Source: Phycisphaerae bacterium
GTDB lineage: Bacteria > Planctomycetota > Phycisphaerae > UBA1845 > Fen-1342
NCBI GenBank assembly: GCA_050115495.1
Contig: JASFQK010000052.1
Span: forward strand, 1-37,168
Direction: 5' to 3'
DNA: 37,168 nucleotides
The notes under the pieces were generated by a model. The model was given only the letters and a program-made list of their open reading frames with translations. It made no database searches and was not told the origin of the DNA. Positions 1 through 9,625 of the stretch are shown here, piece after piece (position 1 is the stretch's first letter; each line of letters opens with the position of its first letter). The translations under genes and the position numbers were made by a program.

Positions 1-125
1 GCGGACGCTGAATGGCGCGAAGCTTCTGCCGGACGTGATCGCCAGCGTCCGCTTCATCGACGGAGAAAAACCCGAGAAAGCCGCCGCCTGATCACGACGC
101 CATCAACGACTTTTGACAATAGCTC
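1..125 (+). mobile_element. Right end of an IS256-family insertion sequence
   Basis: Transposase tail followed by CAACGACTTTTGACAATAGCTC (ends at 125), resembling IS256-type terminal inverted repeats; the left end is outside the window. Confidence 0.65.
2..91 (+). CDS. C-terminal end of an IS256-family transposase (cut by window start)
   Basis: Frame 2 reads RTLNGAKLLPDVIASVRFIDGEKPEKAAA*, resembling the '..LNG..LL..VI.GV.F.DG' C-terminus of IS256 (Mutator-like) transposases. Confidence 0.75.
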   Translation, partial: RTLNGAKLLPDVIASVRFIDGEKPEKAAA

Positions 126-261
126 GCCGTCAGCTTCCCCCTGCGCTGGCAGCCGGGGGCGACGACGATCGTATTGTCGGGGGCGACGTACCTGGCGGTG
201 TTGGTGGGGGCCCGCCTGATCCGACCTAGCCGAGCCTGAACGCGTGCGGCGCTTCCGGCGC

Positions 262-305
262 AAAAAAAGACCCACGGCCCGCGTGAGAGCGCAGCGGGCC
301 GTGGG
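262..305 (-). terminator. Rho-independent terminator of the PEP-CTERM gene
   Basis: Stem CCCACGGCCCGC/GCGGGCCGTGGG (271-305) followed by TCTTTTTTT on the minus strand, about 35 nt after the stop. Confidence 0.85.
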
Positions 306-341
306 CGAAAAGCGTTCTGGGCCAGGCAGTCAGGGAGTGGC

Positions 342-1079
342 CTAGCGGCGGCGGAGCGCCATCGCGCCCAAACCGATCAGCAGCAGAGTGCACGGCTCGG
401 GGGTACCGCTCAGCGCGAACGCCATGTCGGCCGAGTTGACCCAGTCCGACGGGAGAGTGCCGTTGTACAGACTCGGCTCCACCAGGTTCGGCCAACCCCA
501 GTTGGCCCAGGGGGCGTAGCCGTAGTACTCGCACTCGAACGCGGCATCGTCGCCCCACGTATCCGTGTTGCGATCAATGAAGTTCCAGTAGAACGTGTCA
601 CTGGCCCCGTCATCGAGCATGATGCCCTGGATGCTGATCCAGTAGATGGTTCCCGCTTCCTGGTAGAACCACTGGTCTTGGGGGAGGTTGATACTGAACG
701 TTCCGTCGCCCAAGTCCTGCCAGCCGAAGAACCCGTCGTACGGGGTCAACTCGTCGTACTGGTACAGAAGCTCGCCCGGGTGACTCTCATCTTCGGGGGT
801 GGCCGGAACATCGGTCCAGAACTTGATCCGGAAGCCGACGATGTACTGGTTCCCGTAGTAGGACCAGCCGGCGAAGTGCACATCGTTGATGTAGCCGCTG
901 TCGGTGCACATGAAGTCGTCGGCGGTCGTCGAGTACACGGGCGTGTCGTTGTTGATGGTGCTATGGCCACCGTAGGTGTCGATCGCGCCCATCTGGTCCC
1001 AGAGGATAGGGTCGCCCCAGTCGGCCACTGCGGTACCAACGAGCAGGCCGGCCACGGCAAACAGTGCAGTAATGCGCAT
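342..1079 (-). CDS. PEP-CTERM sorting-domain exported protein
   Basis: GGAGGAG RBS before ATG 1079; signal peptide MRITALFAVAGLLVGTAVA; C-terminus TPEPCTLLLIGLGAMALRRR. Confidence 0.9.
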   Translation of the reverse strand: MRITALFAVAGLLVGTAVADWGDPILWDQMGAIDTYGGHSTINNDTPVYSTTADDFMCTDSGYINDVHFAGWSYYGNQYIVGFRIKFWTDVPATPEDESHPGELLYQYDELTPYDGFFGWQDLGDGTFSINLPQDQWFYQEAGTIYWISIQGIMLDDGASDTFYWNFIDRNTDTWGDDAAFECEYYGYAPWANWGWPNLVEPSLYNGTLPSDWVNSADMAFALSGTPEPCTLLLIGLGAMALRRR

Positions 1080-1359
1080 GAGTGACTCCTCCTTTCGTTT
1101 CTCCGCGAACATCGCGCCGGGCGACCGTCGTCGCCCAATTGGACGCCTATTCGCACCGATCATTCACGGAGCCGTAGAAGGCGAGCAGATGCACGCGGCA
1201 CCCAACTCCGGGATTGCGATATCAGATCGGCCCAGAACGCCGGACTGGGTATGCACTGCCGCCTCCGATTGACTCCTTACCCTCGCTTAATGAGAACCCA
1301 GCGTAAGTTAGAAGTGGCCTCTGCCGCTCCACAATCTGTTGTTTCACCCTCACATTAAC

Positions 1360-1395
1360 CACTGTCAGCATAATCCTCATTGACAGTGTCTGCAA
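1360..1395 (-). promoter_or_regulatory. Putative sigma70 promoter with an overlapping inverted-repeat operator
   Basis: Minus strand TTGCAG-N17-TATGCT; CACTGTCA-N13-TGACAGTG (1360-1388) straddles the -10 box; locally AT-rich. Confidence 0.5.
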
Positions 1396-1869
1396 GACAA
1401 TTCGGCGGCGGCGAGGGCGTGGCTGTGGTCGGCGGCGAAGCGACGACATCGGACGTAGGCAAGATTCAATTCCGTTCATCCCCTGCGCAGCCGACAGTGA
1501 CTCTGCCCAAGCCGACCTCACTATTCGGAGGGGTTTCTCCGATATGGCCGGAAGTATGTTTTTATCGGACGTTCATTCTCGTCGACGCTAGCGGGACGGC
1601 GTTCTCGCGGCCGCCGCCGTCGGCACCCGAACGCCAAACACCCGCCGCGCCCGCGTTGACAACGCGGACTACTTCGGGTCAATTTGTCGGTCTCAGTTTC
1701 GTCGACGGGCAGCGGGCGGTGCATGTTTGAGCCGCTACGGGGTGGGCGAGCCGTCGGCAGATCGGTTTGCAAGGCAGGGCACGGCAAGTAATCCACCTCG
1801 GCCACTTCGGTGCGCCTGGCGCCGGCGCTCTCGCCGCGAGCACACACCACCTTTCAAAGGAGACTCGTA

Positions 1870-3231
1870 GTGATCAAGTTCGGCACCGGGAACCTGCGGA
1901 TCCCAAGATTTGAGAAGCCGGTCTACGTAGTGGCCGGCGGGATGACCGATTTCCGGAAAAAGTATCCCGAGAAGAACACCAGCGAGCTCTGTACGACGGC
2001 CCTGCGTATGGCCGTCGAGGAGAACGACCTCAAGGTCGATCCCGAGCAATTCCGCCGGATGGTCAACTGGTGCGTTTACTCGCAGTTCGCCGACCACTTC
2101 GGCGACCAACTGCTGGCGGCGGCCAAGATCCACGACTATCTCGGCTTCGACCCGCTGGGCAACATCGAGGTGAAGACGGGCGGGGCGACGGGCGGTTCGT
2201 CGGTGCTGGCCGCGGCCCAGGCGGTGGCCTCGGGCTATGCGAACTGCGTGCCGGTGGTCGGCTGGGAGCGGATGGACGACGTCAGCACGAAGGTGGGCAA
2301 CGCGTACATCGCCTCCGCGGCCTGCAAGGACTTCGAGAGCGAGCTCGGCTGGATGTACGCGGCTTACTACGCCCTCATGGCCCAGCGCTACCAGTACGAG
2401 AACCAGGTGCCGCACGAGACGCTGGCCAAGATCGCGTGCAAGAACCGCGAGTACGCCTGCTACTCGCCTTTCTCGCAGAACCCGGGCAAGTACACGATCG
2501 AAGACGTGCTGAAGAACGACATCGTCTCCGATCCGCTGACGTTCCTCGAATGCTGCGTGATGAGTGTCGGGGCGGCCGTGCTGATCCTCGCCGACGAGGA
2601 GACGGCCTTCAAGCTGACCGATAAGCCCGTCTTGCTGAAGGCCATCTGCGGCGGCTCGCACACGCTGCGCACCGCCGACCGCCGCGACATGCCCATCCTG
2701 CTGCTGCCCAACGAGACCGAGGAGACCTACAAGGGCAAGCGGCGGACCGAGTGGCCGGGCTTCAGTTCGTTCCTGGCGGCCCGCATGGCGGCCTACCTGG
2801 CCTACAACATGGCCGGCATCAAGGACCCCGTTGAGGACTTCGACCTCCTCGAGACGCACGATGCCTTCACCATCAGCGACATCCAGACCTACGAGGACAT
2901 CGGCCTGCGACCCTACGGCCGCGGCCGCGAGTTCATCGAGTCCGGCGAAGCGTACTACGAGGGCAAGCTGCCGACGAACCTCTCTGGCGGTCTGATCGGC
3001 AGCATGCACGCCGTCGGGGCCACCGGCATCTTCCAGATGATCGAGGTCCTCTGGCAGTTGCAGGGCAAGTGGGCGAAGTTCCACGCCGACCCGGAGATGT
3101 GGACGCGTTTCGGCAAGAAGAAGCCGGCCGAATTCCGCGACCTGCAACTGAAGAACCCGAAGCGCGGCTGTGCGATCTCGCACGCCGGCACCGGCAGCCA
3201 CGTGACCTGCGCGATTCTGGAGAAGCCGTAG
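1870..3231 (+). CDS. Thiolase-superfamily protein (SCP2-thiolase/archaeal type)
   Basis: AAGGAGA RBS, GTG 1870; VVAGGMTDF, ETHDAF, NLSGGLIGSMHAVGATG motifs; DUF35 gene follows. Confidence 0.88.
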   Translation: MIKFGTGNLRIPRFEKPVYVVAGGMTDFRKKYPEKNTSELCTTALRMAVEENDLKVDPEQFRRMVNWCVYSQFADHFGDQLLAAAKIHDYLGFDPLGNIEVKTGGATGGSSVLAAAQAVASGYANCVPVVGWERMDDVSTKVGNAYIASAACKDFESELGWMYAAYYALMAQRYQYENQVPHETLAKIACKNREYACYSPFSQNPGKYTIEDVLKNDIVSDPLTFLECCVMSVGAAVLILADEETAFKLTDKPVLLKAICGGSHTLRTADRRDMPILLLPNETEETYKGKRRTEWPGFSSFLAARMAAYLAYNMAGIKDPVEDFDLLETHDAFTISDIQTYEDIGLRPYGRGREFIESGEAYYEGKLPTNLSGGLIGSMHAVGATGIFQMIEVLWQLQGKWAKFHADPEMWTRFGKKKPAEFRDLQLKNPKRGCAISHAGTGSHVTCAILEKP

Positions 3232-3311
3232 TCCAAAACGACGTGCCCCGTCCGGCGGCCGCCACGAGGCGCGCCACCCGGAGCGCAGCGGCATGTTTGG
3301 AGGTTTGATTC

Positions 3312-3779
3312 ATGGATTGGCCAACCGCAACCCTCGAAGTGCTCAACGATGAACCGCTGGTGATCAAGAACCCGAAGACCTGGCACCACAGCCACAGCTA
3401 CGGTGGCTGGGGCAAGTTCTTCAAGGGGCTGCGCGAGAAGAAGATCCTCGCCACGCGTTGCACGAACCCCCAGTGCGGGGAGAAGCGGCTGTGGCTGCCC
3501 CCGCGCTGCAACTGCCCCGACTGCTGGCATGACACGGAGTGGGTCGAAGCCCCGCAGACGGGCACGGTCTACACGTTCTCGACGGTCACCTATCCCGGCG
3601 AGCTGTTCAAGCTTCCCGCCGGCACGCCGCTGATCAGCGTCGAACTCGACGGTGTCTGCACGAAGCTGATGAGCTGGCTCAAGGAAGGCAAGCCGGAGTT
3701 CGGCATGAAGATCAAGGCCGCCTTCAACACCGCCAACCCGACCAACACGATCCTGGATCTGGCCTGGGTGCCGGCGTAA
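3312..3779 (+). CDS. DUF35-family Zn-ribbon/OB-fold protein (thiolase partner)
   Basis: ATRCTNPQCG...PPRCNCPDC zinc ribbon followed by an OB fold (GTVYTFSTV...VELDG). Confidence 0.9.
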   Translation: MDWPTATLEVLNDEPLVIKNPKTWHHSHSYGGWGKFFKGLREKKILATRCTNPQCGEKRLWLPPRCNCPDCWHDTEWVEAPQTGTVYTFSTVTYPGELFKLPAGTPLISVELDGVCTKLMSWLKEGKPEFGMKIKAAFNTANPTNTILDLAWVPA

Positions 3780-3936
3780 CCGAACGAAACACCGGCACGG
3801 CCGTTGCCGCCGCCGGTTCATGATACGTAACTGCGGCCCGGACGAGCGCACAGCGTCCGGGCCGCGTTGCATTTGGCGCAGCACACATCGTCGCGCGAGT
3901 TATTCCCCTGATTCAAAGCGAGCCAGTCGGTGAGAC

Positions 3937-4845
3937 CTACCGCCCGGTGAGCACGTCCACGAACGGACCGACGTCGAAGTTGTTGATGGATCCGTCGCCG
4001 TTGAGGTCGGCCAATTGGTGGTCGCAACCGGGGTAGAAAGCGTAATACTCCGGGTAGTACGGGGGCGTGCCGGTCATTACCAGGACGAAAGGCGTCACGT
4101 CGAAGCCGCCGAGGTTACCGTCGCAGTTCAAGTCGCCCTGGTCCACGTGGGAGGGCTGAACCTCGAAGAAGTGCAGGCCTTCGCCGTAGTCGTTCGCCGT
4201 CAGTGTGAACCGCAGACGGGTGCTGATGTCGGACACGGGATCGGGAATGTCGAGGAAGCCGGCGGCGGGTACGTTCTGGTAGCCGCTGGCCGTTCCCGAG
4301 GACACCGAGATCTCATGCAGGCACTGGGCGAACATCGTGCCGTCCGGAGCGCGACCGTCGTAATCCGCTCGGAGGATGCCCGTGCCGGTGGGCCCCACTG
4401 CCCGCATAGTGACGCCGTTGCCGTCGAGGTCGGTGATGTTCACGGCCAGTCCGGCCCGACCGCGGGTGAGATCGGCCGGGAGCCGCGGGAACGAGTTCTG
4501 GGGCAGCGTGATCTCGAAGGTCGTTAGGCTCGTGCCGGCCTGGAGATAGAAATTGCCGCCGATCCGCGGCGCCTCGCGAATCTCCAGGCTGGCGAAGTAC
4601 AGCATCGCGATCGGCACGCCGAAGTCGTCGACGATCTCGTGCTCGCCGGTGGTCCAGTGCCAGGTTCCGTTGTCCGGGTCATAGATGAGTTCATCCGCCG
4701 TGAACTCGATGGCCCCGGAGCCGGAGGCGTTGCTCGCCTCCACGCGGAAGATCATCGGCGACACTTCGGCCAGGGCGGGTGAGACAAACAGCGAAGCGGC
4801 CACTGTCAGCCACATGCAATGTCTCTTCCATGAACAAGTGATCAT
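3937..4845 (-). CDS. Secreted protein with a C-terminal dockerin-like EF-hand domain
   Basis: GAGGAG RBS; signal peptide ending ..PALA; GDLNCDGNLGGFDVTPFV and ADLNGDGSINNFDVGPFV motifs. Confidence 0.8.
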   Translation of the reverse strand: MITCSWKRHCMWLTVAASLFVSPALAEVSPMIFRVEASNASGSGAIEFTADELIYDPDNGTWHWTTGEHEIVDDFGVPIAMLYFASLEIREAPRIGGNFYLQAGTSLTTFEITLPQNSFPRLPADLTRGRAGLAVNITDLDGNGVTMRAVGPTGTGILRADYDGRAPDGTMFAQCLHEISVSSGTASGYQNVPAAGFLDIPDPVSDISTRLRFTLTANDYGEGLHFFEVQPSHVDQGDLNCDGNLGGFDVTPFVLVMTGTPPYYPEYYAFYPGCDHQLADLNGDGSINNFDVGPFVDVLTGR

Positions 4846-5001
4846 GGTGCGACTCCTCTCGCATCGAGGGCCCGTGGACGCCAGAACTGATCTTGCAGGC
4901 TTCCTTCCGGCCAACCGCACTCAGCCCGGTCGCGGAAAAGAAACAGCGCGCATAACCCGCGGCGGGACGAGCGCCTGATTCCCTGAAGTCCTACATGTCC
5001 G

Positions 5002-5029
5002 AATATATCAAGCGCAGAATTCAAGTCAA
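5002..5029 (-). promoter_or_regulatory. Putative sigma70 promoter for the dockerin-like gene
   Basis: Minus strand TTGACT-N16-TATATT with an extended TG, in an AT-rich patch. Confidence 0.45.
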
Positions 5030-5089
5030 GTTAAGTCCGAGTACAACAGCGGTGCGCTTCGTGTGAACCGTAGCGCTGGATGTGTTCGA

Positions 5090-6499
5090 TCAGGGCTTGG
5101 GTGGGCTTGGTTCGGGAAACTCGGTTCGTCCGGTAACCGGTCGCGTGCGCGAACCGGAACGGAAGCGCAGACCCGCCCAGCGCAAGCAATCGAAGTCACG
5201 CGTGCGCGCAGCCTGCGCGAGACAGACGAAAACGTCGGGGTGCAGTTCCCCTTCGAAGACATCGCGGCCGGAAACGCGCACGGTTACCGGTTGCGACCAG
5301 TCGATCATCCCCTCCGTGAACCAGATCGTCAGTTCACGCACACCTTTGCGATGCACGTTGACCTTCTGTCCGTCGATCGTGCCACGCAGTTCGGCGAGCA
5401 GGGCGCGCGCTGTTCGCAGCAGGGCGGCGCGCACGTCGTCCGGCTTGTTCGGGTCCTCGCCTTCGCGCAGCCGCACCGTCGGCAGCTTGTCTGTCCATTG
5501 CGGTCCGGTCCACACGTGGCCTTCGAGCCAGAACGTGCGCCCCTGACGAATGTCACGGAAACGGTGGGCAACCTCACGCGGTGCCGCCTCCCGCCGATGG
5601 GCGAGGAGCTTGGCGAATTCCTCCGGCGGCGGGTCGACGTCGCCATGGCCGCGATCGGGGTATTCATGTCCGATAACGGGCAGGCTCAGCTTCCGGGCGA
5701 GCTCGCAGACCTGGCGGTTCAGGCCGGCGATGCCACCCTGCGGGCTCACGGTCTGGCCGTCGGGGCCATGCACGTCGCCCGCGCCCCAGGCACACAGCAC
5801 CGGCGTATGGGCGAGGTTGGGGAGAAACTGGTCCCATAATCCGTCCACCTCGAACAGGTGGAACGTGCCGGCCAGGGGCACCACGCCCGCGAATTGGTCG
5901 GCATATAGCACGCCGGCCGTCCACGCCGTGTGCCCGCCCAGCGAATAGCCCAACAGGAAGACGCAGTTGCTGTCGACGTTGACCGCTTTCTTCACCGCGT
6001 GCAGCAGCACCGGGTGCTCCACGACACACTGTACGGAGTGGATGATGTGCTCTCTGTAATTTGTCGGGGCGGCGATGACGTACTCGTCGACCTTGTCGCC
6101 GAGGACGTGCTCGACATAGGCAATGATGTGCTCGCCGCGGCCGCCGGCGCCGTGCAGGGCGTAGATCAGCGGCCAGGCGCGGTGGGGGTCGTATCCGGGC
6201 GGAATGCGCAGGACCACATCCCGGGTCTGCCCGGGCCCGATCTCGACGTGGATCGTGCGCTGGCCGGGGGAGAGGTCCTCGAACGGTACGGCCGCATGCA
6301 GCCAGCCGCTCATCTTCTCCCGGGAGAAGGCCTCGTCGGCCTCGATGCGCTGGGCGAGAGCCTCGCGTTCGTCGGCATCGGTGGTCGCGAAGAAGGCCTT
6401 GATGTCGGCCAGGATGCGGGCCTCGTCGCCGGCGGCCGGTCGCACGCCGAGCCACCCGGCCCAGGCTACCAGCAGGATGAGCAGGAAGCGTCTGTTCAT
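5090..6499 (-). CDS. Secreted alpha/beta hydrolase (esterase/peptidase-like)
   Basis: GGAGG RBS; signal peptide MNRRFLLILLVAW..PAAG; LHGAGG oxyanion loop, GYSLGG nucleophile elbow, GHG His. Confidence 0.85.
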   Translation of the reverse strand: MNRRFLLILLVAWAGWLGVRPAAGDEARILADIKAFFATTDADEREALAQRIEADEAFSREKMSGWLHAAVPFEDLSPGQRTIHVEIGPGQTRDVVLRIPPGYDPHRAWPLIYALHGAGGRGEHIIAYVEHVLGDKVDEYVIAAPTNYREHIIHSVQCVVEHPVLLHAVKKAVNVDSNCVFLLGYSLGGHTAWTAGVLYADQFAGVVPLAGTFHLFEVDGLWDQFLPNLAHTPVLCAWGAGDVHGPDGQTVSPQGGIAGLNRQVCELARKLSLPVIGHEYPDRGHGDVDPPPEEFAKLLAHRREAAPREVAHRFRDIRQGRTFWLEGHVWTGPQWTDKLPTVRLREGEDPNKPDDVRAALLRTARALLAELRGTIDGQKVNVHRKGVRELTIWFTEGMIDWSQPVTVRVSGRDVFEGELHPDVFVCLAQAARTRDFDCLRWAGLRFRSGSRTRPVTGRTEFPEPSPPKP

Positions 6500-6701
6500 G
6501 GATATGGTGCCTCCGCGGGTAGTGTAGGGCGTGCCAAACTGACCGGCGAGCCCGCTCCCGGCCGCCGGTGTTGACCGTGACGCGGCCCCCTGCGTATCAT
6601 CGCCCAATTCCCTGGGGGTTGCAGTGGGCCGGTTGCTCCGGCGCGGCACGGGCGAACGGGGGGGCGCCCGGTGCGCGGATGGGTTCCCGTTTTTTGGTGG
6701 A

Positions 6702-8012
6702 GTGAGTGACGACATGATCGGAATCAGGCGCGAAGACAAGAGCGTGTGGGAGGGCCGGGTGCCCCTGGTGCCGGAGGATGTGCAGCGCCTGAGGGACGAG
6801 AGCGGCCTTGCCTTCCGTGTGCAGACCTCGACCACGCGGGCCTTCAAGGACGAGGAGTACCAGGCCAAGGGCATCGAGGTGGCGGATTTGCTCGGCGACT
6901 GCCCGATCATCATGGGCGTCAAGGAGATCCCGCCCGAGCGCATCGAGCCCAACAAGACGTACGTGTACTTCGCGCACGTCATCAAGGGTCAACCGGCGAA
7001 CATGCCCGCGCTGCGCAAACTGCTGGAAGGCGGCTGCACGCTGATCGACTATGAGCGGATCGTGGACGAGCAGGGCCGCCGGCTGGTGTTCTTCGGCCGC
7101 TATGCGGGTCTGGCCGGCATGATCGACACGCTGTGGACCCTGGGCCAACGGCTGGCGCACGAGGGGATCGACAGCCCCTTCCAGCGCATCCAGCCGGCGC
7201 ACCGGTACGACGATCTCCAGCATGTCAGGCGTGAGTTGGCGGCGGTGGCGGACGAGATCCGAGCGGGCGGGTTGCCGGCCGCGATTCGACCGCTCGTGTG
7301 CGGTTTCGCGGGCTACGGCCAGGTCTCGCAGGGGGCGCAGACCATCTACGACATGCTGCCGGTGCGTGAGGTTACGCCCGCGGAGCTGCCGAACCTCCCG
7401 CCCACCGCGGACGTCTGCTACAAGGTCGTGTTCCGCGAGGAGCATCTGGTTCGGCGGATGGACACGTCGGGACCGTTTGTGCTCCAGGAGTACTACGAGC
7501 ATCCAGACCGCTACGCCGGGGCGTTCTTCACCCACGCGCCGTACCTGACGCTCCTGGTTAATTGCATTTATTGGGAGCCGAAATACCCTCGTTTGATTGA
7601 CCGGGAGCAGTTCCGGTCGCTCTACGGCGGCGGTCAGCCCCGGCTGCGCGTCATCGGCGACATCTCCTGCGACATCGACGGGTCCCTTGAATGTACTACA
7701 CGGTCGACCGACCCGGAGAATCCGGTGTTCGTGTACGACCCGCAGACGGGCAAAACCCTCGATGGCGTTGCGGGAAACGGCCCGGTCGTTCTGGCCGTGG
7801 ACTTCCTGCCGTGCGAGTTGCCGGTCGATGCGTCGCGGTACTTCAGCCGAACGCTGAGCCCGTTTGTGGCCGGTCTGGCTAAAGCAGACTATTCCCGGAC
7901 GCTGGCGGAGAGCGGGCTGCCGGAGGAGCTGAAGCGGGCGACGATCGTGTGGCGGGGAGCGCTGACGGAGCCTTACCGCTCTTTGGAACAGCACTTGCAA
8001 GCGAAGGCGTAG
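6702..8012 (+). CDS. Lysine-ketoglutarate reductase-like enzyme (AlaDh/PNT fold, LKR domain)
   Basis: IGIRREDK..WE.R.PL.P, HVIKGQPANM, LIDYE, FFGRYAGLAG, GDISCD, LPCELP..AS..FS motifs; start is GTG 6702 or ATG 6714. Confidence 0.88.
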   Translation: MSDDMIGIRREDKSVWEGRVPLVPEDVQRLRDESGLAFRVQTSTTRAFKDEEYQAKGIEVADLLGDCPIIMGVKEIPPERIEPNKTYVYFAHVIKGQPANMPALRKLLEGGCTLIDYERIVDEQGRRLVFFGRYAGLAGMIDTLWTLGQRLAHEGIDSPFQRIQPAHRYDDLQHVRRELAAVADEIRAGGLPAAIRPLVCGFAGYGQVSQGAQTIYDMLPVREVTPAELPNLPPTADVCYKVVFREEHLVRRMDTSGPFVLQEYYEHPDRYAGAFFTHAPYLTLLVNCIYWEPKYPRLIDREQFRSLYGGGQPRLRVIGDISCDIDGSLECTTRSTDPENPVFVYDPQTGKTLDGVAGNGPVVLAVDFLPCELPVDASRYFSRTLSPFVAGLAKADYSRTLAESGLPEELKRATIVWRGALTEPYRSLEQHLQAKA

Positions 8013-8098
8013 GCGCGGTGAGCAGCCGTGGGCTGCGTCGCGGGTGACTTGGAGAAGAGACTCTTGCCGGGCAGGCCGGCCTCCAGGAGGTTGATTCG

Positions 8099-9430
8099 AT
8101 GAAGAAGGTGTTGGTGTTGGGCGCCGGGCTCGTTTCGCGTCCGCTGGTGCGGTATCTGCTGGATCAACCGGACTTTGAGCTTACCGTGGCCAGCCGCACG
8201 GTCAGCAAGGCGGATGCGCTGGTTGCCGGACACCCGCGGGGCAAGACCACGCAGTTGTTGGCGAAGGACACCGCCAAGCTCGAGCAGCTCATCAGCGAGC
8301 ACGACCTGGCGATCAGCCTGCTGCCGGCTCCGCTGCATCCGGTCGTGGCCGAGCTGTGCATTCGTCACAAGAAACACATGGTGACCACGTCGTACGTGAG
8401 CGAGAAGATGCGCTCCTTCGACGAAGCTGCCCGCAAGGCCGATGTCATGATCCTCAACGAGATCGGCGTCGACCCCGGCATCGACCACATGTCGGCCATG
8501 CGCATCATCCACGACGTGGAGAAGCGCGGTGGCAAGGTGGTGAGCTTCAAGTCGTACTGCGGCGGATTGCCCGCCCCCGAGGCGAACGACAATCCGTGGG
8601 GCTACAAGTTCTCCTGGAGCCCGCGGGCCGTCTGCACCGCCGGCAAGAACAATGCTCGTTTCCGCGAGGATGGCAAGCAGGTCGACATCCCGGGGCCGGA
8701 GCTGTTCACGTGCCATCATCCGTTACAGGTGGACGGTGTGGGCGAGCTCGAAGGCTACCCGAACCGCGATTCGCTCGGCTACATCGATGTCTACGGGCTC
8801 GAGGGCATCGACACGATGTTCCGCGGCACGCTCCGCTACGCCGGCTGGTGTGTGTGTCTGAAGGCCATCGTCGATCTGGGCATGCTCGACGAGACGCCAG
8901 TGACCTACCCGGCGGGCATGACCTTTGCCCAGTGGACCGCCGGCCTGATCAAGGCTTCGTCGGCGGATAACATCCGCCAGAAGGTCGCCGAGCGGCTGAA
9001 GATGGACCCGAAGCACAACGCCTTCGACCGCATGGAGTGGCTCGGTCTGTTCTCGAACGACCCGATCACCCCGACCGGCGAAGAGACGACGGCGCTGGAC
9101 ATCCTCGCCAACCGCATGAACACGAAGATGCCCTACAAGCCCGGCGAGCGTGACATGATCGTCCTGGTGCACCGCTTCATGGCCCGCTTCCCCGGCGGCA
9201 AGGAAGAGCGCATCAGTTCGACGCTGATCGACTACGGCCATCCGAACGGTGACAGCTCGATGGCCCGCACGGTCAGCCTGCCGGCCGCCGTCGGGACGAA
9301 GCTGATCCTCACGGGCGTCATCAAGGACATCGGCGTGCACGTGCCGGTCAAGCCTGAGATCTACAACCCGGTGCTCGACGAGCTGGAGACGATGGACATC
9401 CGCTGCGTCGAGGAGACGAAGCCGGCGTAA
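8099..9430 (+). CDS. Saccharopine dehydrogenase (glutamate-forming, Lys9/SDH type)
   Basis: VLVLGAGLV Rossmann motif, EIGVDPGIDHM, SYCGGLP, YKFSWSP, YPNRDS, RGTLRY, MARTV. Confidence 0.93.
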   Translation: MKKVLVLGAGLVSRPLVRYLLDQPDFELTVASRTVSKADALVAGHPRGKTTQLLAKDTAKLEQLISEHDLAISLLPAPLHPVVAELCIRHKKHMVTTSYVSEKMRSFDEAARKADVMILNEIGVDPGIDHMSAMRIIHDVEKRGGKVVSFKSYCGGLPAPEANDNPWGYKFSWSPRAVCTAGKNNARFREDGKQVDIPGPELFTCHHPLQVDGVGELEGYPNRDSLGYIDVYGLEGIDTMFRGTLRYAGWCVCLKAIVDLGMLDETPVTYPAGMTFAQWTAGLIKASSADNIRQKVAERLKMDPKHNAFDRMEWLGLFSNDPITPTGEETTALDILANRMNTKMPYKPGERDMIVLVHRFMARFPGGKEERISSTLIDYGHPNGDSSMARTVSLPAAVGTKLILTGVIKDIGVHVPVKPEIYNPVLDELETMDIRCVEETKPA

Positions 9431-9466
9431 GACGCCGCAACCGGCGGCAACGACGGAATATCGACG

Positions 9467-9504
9467 ACGGCCGGCGCCGCGCCACCAGCGGCGCCGGCCG
9501 TTTG
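9467..9504 (+). terminator. Hairpin after the SDH gene (probable terminator)
   Basis: 14-bp perfect stem ACGGCCGGCGCCGC/GCGGCGCCGGCCGT followed by a short T run. Confidence 0.55.
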
Positions 9505-9625
9505 CTCGCGCCGGAGGAGGGAGGCGAGGGCAGACGACGAGGCGGCTGGCCCCAGGCGGTCTGCTCGGGTAGGGTGCCAGCCGGCAGCTTGATTCATCGT
9601 GATGACGCGCGGCAGGAGGCGGACG

